This document shows positions 1 through 6,068 of a stretch of DNA of 11,488 bases, one piece after another. The stretch is from positions 1 through 11,488 of the forward strand of contig NZ_JBMFOX010000031.1 of the NCBI RefSeq assembly GCF_049969415.1, written 5' to 3'. The stretch is from Candidatus Hadarchaeum sp. (GTDB lineage Archaea; Hadarchaeota; Hadarchaeia; Hadarchaeales; Hadarchaeaceae). The notes beneath the pieces were generated by a model. That model worked only from the letters and a program-made list of their open reading frames with translations. It was not told the origin of the DNA and searched no databases. Both the position numbers and the translations under genes were made by a program. Positions within the stretch are counted from its first letter, which is position 1; every line of letters begins with the position of its first letter.

Positions 1-101
1 ATCGTGGTGCACTTGGTGCACCAATTACTTAAGTTATGCTTTCATTCCAGTGCTGAACTTTTACCTGCGGGAGTACTGTGCTGAGGAAGGTAAGATGGAA
101 A

Positions 102-109
102 TTAAAAAA
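102..109 (-). terminator. Oligo-T terminator after the tRNA
   Basis: TTTTTTAA immediately follows CCA on the minus strand. Confidence 0.6.
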
Positions 110-148
110 TGGCGCCGGGGAGAGGACTCGAACCTCTGACCGCTCGGT

Positions 149-207
149 TGCCGTATCCAGACGTGTCGTCAGTTTAATTGAGGTTCGTTCTTCATCCACG
201 TCCAGTT
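149..207 (-). other. tRNA intron 2 (59 nt), canonical position 37/38
   Basis: BHB motif: central helix CUGU/ACGG, bulges UA|A and CA|A, closed by the anticodon stem on one side and the intron stem CUGGACGUG/CACGUCUGG on the other. Confidence 0.92.
157..205 (-). ncRNA. Putative intron-encoded box C/D-like sRNA (single K-turn)
   Basis: Inside the intron 2 stem: box C-like AUGAAGA (189-195), a 16-nt spacer ACGAACCUCAAUUAAA (173-188) and a perfect box D CUGA (169-172), in the order and position expected for a C/D K-turn. Confidence 0.6.
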
Positions 208-222
208 TAACAGCCGAGCACT

Positions 223-251
223 TTAGGCGAAGCAGCTCACGCTTAACTTCT
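223..251 (-). other. tRNA intron 1 (29 nt), non-canonical position 22/23
   Basis: The central 4-bp helix AGGU/GCCU is flanked by 3-nt bulges AG|A and AA|A. The intron hairpin is GAAGU/GCUUC plus AGC-GUGA-GCU (GNRA loop). The exon-side helix is weak, so this is a relaxed BHL-type motif. Sequence alone allows 22/23, 23/24 or 24/25; bulge geometry favours 22/23. Confidence 0.85.
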
Positions 252-300
252 CTACCTACTGAGCTACCCCGGCTGCCGAGGATAATATCCTAACTTTTTC

Positions 301-316
301 CATATAAGTTATTTCC
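301..316 (-). promoter_or_regulatory. BRE/TATA promoter of tRNA-Asn
   Basis: The minus strand reads GGAAATAA-CTTATATG, ending about 28 nt upstream of tRNA position 1 (273). Confidence 0.7.
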
Positions 317-404
317 GTAAGCACCTTTTGATCGTTGGTTTCACCATCTGAGCTGCCCTGTAATGGGTAAGTTACATCCCGGTGTGGTTCATGGTTTTTA
401 TGAA

Positions 405-1187
405 CTAGCCATAGAAGGTCTTGGCGATATCTCGGCTAAGTCGCTCAAGGCGTTTGAACATCAATTTTAGCGTGGCGGAAATGTTCGCGTTATTGTCGAA
501 ACTTCTGATGATAGCAAGGAGCCTCGCCTCCTTCTTTCCTGACAAATCTCTTGCGTTCGACACCAGCAAAGGGAAAGCACGAACGATATTGTCCACTATC
601 GTGATGTTGGCCGCACGCGCTGTCCTCGAGATAGGATTTAGGTCGACGGCGATTACCTGTTTTCCCAGCCGCCTAAGCGCCTCGGTCCGGTCGCCGTCCT
701 CAAGCGGGACCAGCACCACATCTGCTGCCGCTATACCGCGCTGATCTACTTTTCGCCGGTTGCTGTGGATTTCCTCGATTTTTTGAGAGAACTTTGGCTC
801 CAGCCCATAAACTTCATCTGCCCCATGCTGGCGGAGCCATCTAGCGATAGCCGCCTCCCTTTTTTCGGAAGGGTGAAATAGATTGACCTCAATCTTTGCC
901 CCGGTGACCTTTGAGAGATCCACTACCTCGTTTGGGACGAGCGCCGCCGCATTCCCGTTCACCGAAATCACCGGGTTCTTTGCCAAAAGCATCGCGGCAG
1001 CGGCGGCCCTTATCGCCCTTCTGGCCTCGCGCGTGGTCTTCTCCCCTAAAAGATAGTCAAAGGCCTCCCCCCTGCCGTGCGCCGCCAGTCCCTCCTCTAC
1101 GACCAGACCCCTTTTGAAACCTTCCACAAGCTTTTTTCTTATCCTCAGCGATTCCGCCCGAGGATGGAGGGGAGAGAGTTCTTCCAT
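405..1187 (-). CDS. pps: 4-phosphopantoate--beta-alanine ligase (archaeal phosphopantothenate synthetase, CoA biosynthesis)
   Basis: Family motifs HPRxxSL, GLAAHGRGEAFDYLLGEKT, SVNGN, EVNLFH, VPLEDGDR, DLNPISRT and DNIVRA; 260 aa; GGAGG RBS upstream. Confidence 0.95.
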   Translation of the reverse strand: MEELSPLHPRAESLRIRKKLVEGFKRGLVVEEGLAAHGRGEAFDYLLGEKTTREARRAIRAAAAAMLLAKNPVISVNGNAAALVPNEVVDLSKVTGAKIEVNLFHPSEKREAAIARWLRQHGADEVYGLEPKFSQKIEEIHSNRRKVDQRGIAAADVVLVPLEDGDRTEALRRLGKQVIAVDLNPISRTARAANITIVDNIVRAFPLLVSNARDLSGKKEARLLAIIRSFDNNANISATLKLMFKRLERLSRDIAKTFYG

Positions 1188-1230
1188 GAAACTTTCCTCC
1201 CAGAGTCAATTTAGTTCCTACCAGCAACAC

Positions 1231-1244
1231 CAAAAAGCTTTTTG
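1231..1244. promoter_or_regulatory. Perfect palindrome CAAAAAGCTTTTTG in the divergent promoter region
   Basis: 14-bp perfect inverted repeat roughly midway between the pps start (1187) and the membrane-protein start (1281). It gives AAAAAGCTTTTTG, a BRE/TATA-like element, on both strands. Confidence 0.5.
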
Positions 1245-1280
1245 AACGAGGAGAGAAGGTCTAAAGCGGTGAGGTTTGAT

Positions 1281-2111
1281 ATGCGGTTATACCCACTCGC
1301 GATAATACCGCTGGTTCTCTCCCTTGGCGCGATAGTGGTTTCGGCCATAAACCCCGGGCCTCAGTCCTACCTCACCGTAGGCGTTGCTGGTGCCACTTTT
1401 TTAGTCTCAGCAGCGATACTCTTCGCTTACTCTCGAAAATCTACCGAGGCCAAACAAATCCCGCTGGAAAATTTCTCCCTCTGGGCCGATGTCGGCGAGC
1501 CAGCGGCGGAGCTGAGAAGGCTAGGGTTGGATGAAACCTTCGCTGCTGTCCAGATTGTGGCTACTGATCTAGATTCACTTGCCGCAAACGCCGAACTGCT
1601 CCGCGCGCGGACCAGTCTGCTGGTGGGGCGGCCCGGTTTTGAATCCGTTACCGAGGAGAAGATGCACCGGCGAGTGGAAAGTCTCGTGAACGATATCGAC
1701 AAGATTGCGAGATCCATCAGGGACACAAAGGAGCTAACCAAAGAGGTCATACCTAAAATCGAGGACTGTGCTGCCCAAGCCGACCGAATCGCTGGCAAAT
1801 TTTTCGAGCTCGAGGAGGGAAAACCAGAGACCGTCTACATTTACCTAGAGCCGCTGAGGAGAGCAGCCGAAAAGCTCTCCCGGGACCTGAGAATGGCGGC
1901 GGTTAACATCTCCAAATACTTGCTGTGGCTGGAAAAAGCACCCAGCGAAGTTCCCGCCCCAGCCCCGCCGGCTGCTCCCGCTGTCGAGACCCCTCCCGCG
2001 CCGCAGCCGACACCGGCGGCACCGCTGAAACCCGAGCCACAGAATGTCCCAAACCCTGAACTACCCACACAAAACGAAACAGGGCTTCAACCACCTACCG
2101 ACAACAAATAA
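1281..2111 (+). CDS. Hypothetical membrane protein: two N-terminal TM helices, helical/coiled-coil domain, Pro/Ala-rich C-terminal tail
   Basis: ATG at 1281 follows the RBS GGTGAGG and is preferred over TTG 1242; 276 aa. Two hydrophobic segments (LYPLAIIPLVLSLGAIVVSAI; YLTVGVAGATFLVSAAILFAY), charged amphipathic helices, and a PAPAPPAAPA-type tail. No family recognised. Confidence 0.8.
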   Translation: MRLYPLAIIPLVLSLGAIVVSAINPGPQSYLTVGVAGATFLVSAAILFAYSRKSTEAKQIPLENFSLWADVGEPAAELRRLGLDETFAAVQIVATDLDSLAANAELLRARTSLLVGRPGFESVTEEKMHRRVESLVNDIDKIARSIRDTKELTKEVIPKIEDCAAQADRIAGKFFELEEGKPETVYIYLEPLRRAAEKLSRDLRMAAVNISKYLLWLEKAPSEVPAPAPPAAPAVETPPAPQPTPAAPLKPEPQNVPNPELPTQNETGLQPPTDNK

Positions 2112-2125
2112 AAGGGGCGGTTAAT

Positions 2126-3379
2126 CTGAAGCCGCATTTGAACTTGGTCTTCATCGGTCACGTTGACCACGGCAAGTCAACGCTCATCGGCAGGCTGCTG
2201 GTGGAGATGGGGGTCGTCAAGGAGAAGGACCTCTTAGATGAGGCCGGGAGCTTCAAGTTCGCCTGGGTGATGGACCGTGAGAAAGAGGAGCGGGCCCGGG
2301 GGGTGACCATCGACATCGCCTATCAGAAAATCGAGACCCAGAAAAACATCATCACGATAATCGATGCTCCCGGCCACCGCGACTTCGTCAAGAACATGAT
2401 CACGGGAGCGAGCCAAGCCGATGCCGCGGTGCTGGTCGTGGCCGCCGACGATGGGATCATGCCGCAGACGCGCGAGCACGCGGCGCTGGCGTTCACGCTT
2501 GGAGTCGGACAAATCATTGTGGCCATTAACAAGATGGATCTCGTCGGCTTTCGCAAGGAGGTTTACGAGGAGATAAAAAACAGCATGATTACACTGCTCA
2601 GCAGCATTGGCTACCGAAATGCCTCGGAGCTGCCCTTTATCCCCGTGGCAGCTTTCTACGGTGAGGGAATTACCAAACCCAGCGAAAAGATGCCTTGGTA
2701 CAAAGGTCCTACCCTGCTCGGAGCGCTGGAGCAGCTAAAGGAACCTGAAAAGCCGATCAAAAAGCCGCTGAGGATTCCAATTCAAGATGTTTTTTCAATT
2801 ACTGGGGTGGGCACAGTACCCATTGGCCGAGTAGAAACAGGTATCCTAAGAGTCAAAGACATCGTCATTTTTGAACCGTCTGGTAGCAGCGGTGAGGTCC
2901 GCAGCATCGAGATGCATCACGAACAAATCCAGCAGGCGGTTCCCGGTGATAACATCGGCTTTAGCGTGAGAGGTGTTTCAAAGGATGAGGTGAGGCGAGG
3001 CGACGTAGCCGGACACCTGACTAACCCACCAACTGTCACCAACGAATTCATCGGCAAGGTAGTCATCCTCGCCGTTCCGACCGAAATCTCGCCCGGATTC
3101 ACGCCGCTCTTCCACTGCCACTCTGCACACGTTCCCGGAACCATCGTCGAGATTCTGCAGAAGATAGATCCAAAAACGGGCTCCGTGGTTGAGGAAAATC
3201 CCCGATCGCTGAGAAAGGGCGACGCGGGTTTAATTAAGGTCAAGCTAGCCAAGCCGATGGTAATCGAGCGCGCCAGCGATATTCCGGAGCTTAGCCGGTT
3301 TGCCATCAGACATTCGGGGCAGACCATCGCCGCCGGAATGTGCGTTGACCTCGTCGAGCTGAAGAAGGGCACCAGATAG
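2126..3379 (+). CDS. tuf: Elongation factor 1-alpha family GTPase (aEF1A; probably a divergent paralog)
   Basis: G1 GHVDHGKST, switch I ERARGVTID, G3 DAPGHRDFVKNMITGASQAD, G4 NKMD, domain II PLRIPIQDV..GVGTVPIGRVETG, SIEMHHE and PGDNIG. Start extended from TTG 2138 to CTG 2126 to include the conserved KPHLN. Confidence 0.93.
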   Translation: MKPHLNLVFIGHVDHGKSTLIGRLLVEMGVVKEKDLLDEAGSFKFAWVMDREKEERARGVTIDIAYQKIETQKNIITIIDAPGHRDFVKNMITGASQADAAVLVVAADDGIMPQTREHAALAFTLGVGQIIVAINKMDLVGFRKEVYEEIKNSMITLLSSIGYRNASELPFIPVAAFYGEGITKPSEKMPWYKGPTLLGALEQLKEPEKPIKKPLRIPIQDVFSITGVGTVPIGRVETGILRVKDIVIFEPSGSSGEVRSIEMHHEQIQQAVPGDNIGFSVRGVSKDEVRRGDVAGHLTNPPTVTNEFIGKVVILAVPTEISPGFTPLFHCHSAHVPGTIVEILQKIDPKTGSVVEENPRSLRKGDAGLIKVKLAKPMVIERASDIPELSRFAIRHSGQTIAAGMCVDLVELKKGTR

Positions 3380-3408
3380 CAGGAGTGGGTTAAAGCGCTG
3401 AAAATGGA

Positions 3409-3708
3409 TCACTTTATCTTTTCTCTGACCGCTTCCACTTTTGACTCCATGGTCATCTTCTTGTCACGGCGCTCGTCCAAGTATATCTTGGTCACAATTC
3501 TAGAAACGCCCATTTTGAAAACTGCCTCCTGCATCTCCTGGGCCAGCCTTAGCAACTCTCTAGTTTCTCCTTCGACTATTGTACCCATAGCGGTGACTTG
3601 ATACTTGGCCCCCCTTTTTTCCAGAACCTTCACCGCTGCCGCCACATAATTGCTGACTGAGGTCGCCCCGGTGCCCACGGGGACGATGCTAATTTCCATC
3701 AACGCCAT
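3409..3708 (-). CDS. MTH1187/UPF0045 family thiamine-binding protein
   Basis: Motifs EISIVPVG, SVSNYVA, YQVTAMGTIVEG and KIYLDERRDK; 99 aa; ATG 3708 follows a GGTG RBS. Confidence 0.9.
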   Translation of the reverse strand: MALMEISIVPVGTGATSVSNYVAAAVKVLEKRGAKYQVTAMGTIVEGETRELLRLAQEMQEAVFKMGVSRIVTKIYLDERRDKKMTMESKVEAVREKIK

Positions 3709-3815
3709 GCGAAACACCAGACTAATATTGTCCTTAATGTCAAATAAAATAAATGGCCTGATATCAATCGTCTGAAACGCCGGCCAGCGTCTAAATGCAG
3801 ATATCGGTTTTCCGG

Positions 3816-4388
3816 CTAGTAATTTTCACTCAGCAGCTCGTAGTAGGCTTGCGGATGCTTGCAGGCGGGGCAAATCTTCGGAGCCTCTGTTCCCTCGTGG
3901 ACATAGCCGCAGTTTCGGCACTTCCACTTCACGACCTTGTCCTTGCGGAAAACGGTGCCGTTCTCCAGATTCTCCAGCAGCTTACGGTATCTCCTCTCGT
4001 GGTGCTCCTCAACCTCGGCTATCTCCCGAAAGGAGTTGGCTATCTCGATAAAGCCCTCCTCCCGTGCCACCCTTTCAAACTCAGGATAGAGCGCCCCCCA
4101 CTCCATCCTTTCGCCCTCGGCTGCGGCCAGCAGGTTCTCCTTGGTGGTCCCAATCTTTCCCGCAGGGTACGCCGCCTCGATGGTGACCTCGCCGCCCTGG
4201 AGATATTCAAAGAACACCTTGGCGTGCTCCTTCTCGTTGTCCGCGGTCTCCAGAAATATCGCGCTGATCTGCTCGTAGCCTTCCTTTTTGGCGACGCTGG
4301 CGAAGTAGGTGTACCTGTTTCTGGCCTGACTTTCCCCGGCAAAGGCCTTCAAGAGGTTCTTCTCCGTTCGACTGCCCTTCAATTTCAT
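3816..4388 (-). CDS. rbr: Rubrerythrin
   Basis: TEKNLLKAFAGESQARNRY, di-iron ExxH motifs (EKEH, EEHH) and a C-terminal rubredoxin-like CRNC...CPAC domain. ATG 4388 follows a GGTGGTGG RBS. Confidence 0.96.
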   Translation of the reverse strand: MKLKGSRTEKNLLKAFAGESQARNRYTYFASVAKKEGYEQISAIFLETADNEKEHAKVFFEYLQGGEVTIEAAYPAGKIGTTKENLLAAAEGERMEWGALYPEFERVAREEGFIEIANSFREIAEVEEHHERRYRKLLENLENGTVFRKDKVVKWKCRNCGYVHEGTEAPKICPACKHPQAYYELLSENY

Positions 4389-4431
4389 CCCATCCACCAC
4401 CAATAGACTAAAGTCTCTAACTAAAAAACTT

Positions 4432-5238
4432 TCAGAGGCGCGGTATTTCCGGAGGCCTGAGCTTATGGAGATTTCTGCGCTCCCGTTTAATAACCGATTT
4501 CACCTCATCCCGACTCAGGCCAACCGCCTTGGCAATCGTCGCTGGGCCGAGACCAAGGTCCAAGCCGACGAAAATCAGGTCAAGGTTTCTATAGCTAATC
4601 CCTAGCTCGGCCTCGTCAGTTTGGCCCCGCCACAACCCCGCGGTGGGCGTCTTGGTTATTATCTGCTCGGGAAGGCCCAGAAAAGAGGCCAGTTCTTTGA
4701 CCTGTGTCTTGTAAAGTGATCCCAGCGGGGCTAGATCCGAGGCCCCGTCCCCGTACTTGGTGAAGTAGCCCGTCCTAAGCTCGCTACGGTTGCTGCCGCC
4801 CACGACCAGCCGGTTCAATAGATTGGAATAGTAGTAAAGAACGGCCATGCGGATTCTCGGCAGGATGTTGGCGGCGGGCAGCCTAGCCTCGGGTTTAAAC
4901 TCCAGCTGCCCGCGCAACGCCTTCACCGCCGGAGCAATATCGATAACTTTGAAATCTATGCCAAGGTTCTCGGCAACCAGCCGGGCATCGGCTACATCGC
5001 TGGGGTCGGAAACCCCGATCTCGGGAAGTGAAATTCCCAGCACCTTTTTAGGACCAAGGGCCCTCGCGCAAAGGGTTGCCGCGACCGAAGAGTCAATCCC
5101 GCCGCTGAGCCCAATGACAACGCCATCGGCCCCCGCTTCCGCAACCTTCTTCCGGATGAAAGCCACCAGCCTCCGCTCCACCCTCTGGGGGTTAATTCTC
5201 AGCGCCTTAGTGATCAGCGCCAATTTATCCTCGGTCAC
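4432..5238 (-). CDS. nadE: NH3-dependent NAD+ synthetase
   Basis: PP-loop GLSGGIDS, ANILPRIRM, NRSE..GYFTKYGDG, LYKTQV and PTAGLW.GQTDE; no glutaminase domain. Confidence 0.96.
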   Translation of the reverse strand: MTEDKLALITKALRINPQRVERRLVAFIRKKVAEAGADGVVIGLSGGIDSSVAATLCARALGPKKVLGISLPEIGVSDPSDVADARLVAENLGIDFKVIDIAPAVKALRGQLEFKPEARLPAANILPRIRMAVLYYYSNLLNRLVVGGSNRSELRTGYFTKYGDGASDLAPLGSLYKTQVKELASFLGLPEQIITKTPTAGLWRGQTDEAELGISYRNLDLIFVGLDLGLGPATIAKAVGLSRDEVKSVIKRERRNLHKLRPPEIPRL

Positions 5239-5246
5239 GCCACCAC

Positions 5247-6068
5247 CTAGAACTTCCTCGGGTAGGAGCCCAGCACCCGCAGCATCGCGGTCTTCTTCTC
5301 GACCTCTTTCAGGGCCTCTTTAACCTTTCTGTCCTCCCGGTGTCCCTCCAAGTCGATGAAGAAGAGGTAGTCGCCCAGCGCCTTCTTTGAGGGGCGCGAC
5401 TCTATCTTGGTGAGATTTATCTTCCTCGTCGCAAACTCGCCCAGAATCTCGTAGAGGATACCGGGTCGATCGTCCGCCGTGTAAAAAACGATGGAGGTCT
5501 TGTCCCTACCAGTTCTGGGACCGTCCTCCTTAGCGATAAGCAGGAAGCGGGTGATGTTCTTTTCGCCGCTTTGAATGTTGTCCCTCAGCACCTGCAGGCC
5601 GTAAATCCTGGCCAGCATCCGCGGGCCGATGGCGGCGATGTGGGGCTGTCCCAGCTTGCTCACCTGTTCCGCCGACCTAGCCGTGCTGCCCATCTCGACT
5701 ATCTCCGCCATGGGCAGATATTTTCTCAGGAATTCCCGGCACTGGGCAATTGCCTGCGGGTGTGAAAGAACCTGGGTTATCTGTCCGATCTTGGATCCCT
5801 TCACCCCAAGCAGGGCATGCGTTATCGGTAGAACAATTTCTCCCTTTATCCTAACATCGGCCCAGGTGAGCGCATCGAGCGACTCACCCACCGATCCTTC
5901 CCTCATGCTCTCCACAGGGATGACGCCGGCATCTACTTCCTGTCGTGCAACTGCCTCAACGACATCCGAAATCGTCGGGTAGAGCACCACCTCGGCCCGT
6001 CCCTTGAACTGGGTCCATGCGGCAATTTCCGAATAGGTGCCGCGGGGACCAAGCGCTCCCACTTTCAT
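5247..6068 (-). CDS. pheA: Prephenate dehydratase with ACT domain (no chorismate mutase domain)
   Basis: LGPRGTYSE, SHPQAIAQC, NITRF, and ACT motifs DRPGIL, INLTKIESRP and LGSYP. Confidence 0.96.
   Translation of the reverse strand: MKVGALGPRGTYSEIAAWTQFKGRAEVVLYPTISDVVEAVARQEVDAGVIPVESMREGSVGESLDALTWADVRIKGEIVLPITHALLGVKGSKIGQITQVLSHPQAIAQCREFLRKYLPMAEIVEMGSTARSAEQVSKLGQPHIAAIGPRMLARIYGLQVLRDNIQSGEKNITRFLLIAKEDGPRTGRDKTSIVFYTADDRPGILYEILGEFATRKINLTKIESRPSKKALGDYLFFIDLEGHREDRKVKEALKEVEKKTAMLRVLGSYPRKF

Larger units (their letters stand above)
110..273 (-). tRNA. tRNA-Asn(GUU) with two introns (22/23 and 37/38) and encoded CCA
   Basis: The reverse complement, after removing 223-251 and 149-207, gives a 76-nt cloverleaf: GCCGGGG UA GCUC AGUAGGUA GAGU G CUCGG CU GUU AA CCGAG CGGUC AGAGG UUCGAGU CCUCU CCCCGGC G CCA. 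Anticodon at 209-211. Acceptor, anticodon and T stems pair fully; the D stem has one G-U. Confidence 0.95.

Noticed and set aside
1-135. Integrated element or att site at the tRNA 3' end
   Set aside because: There is no integrase and no duplicate of the tRNA 3' end in the window; this cannot be assessed beyond the left edge.
78-293. 71-aa plus-strand ORF
   Set aside because: It is antisense to the tRNA-Asn gene and has no protein-like features.
1940-2100. C-rich quasi-repeats
   Set aside because: They are explained by Pro/Ala codons of the low-complexity tail; not a tandem repeat or CRISPR array.
2126-3379. SelB, CysN or aIF2-gamma identity; short helix region after G1 as a novelty
   Set aside because: The motifs are clearly EF-1alpha and there is no SelB C-terminal extension. 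A similarly short post-G1 region occurs in Methanobacteriales EF-1alpha as I recall, so it is not evidence of paralogy.
3404-3601. 65-aa ORF after tuf with an AGGAG-like RBS (possible rpsJ or third operon gene)
   Set aside because: It has no similarity to S10 and lies antisense to the well-supported MTH1187-family gene.
3795-4406. 203-aa plus-strand ORF
   Set aside because: It is an antisense shadow of rubrerythrin.
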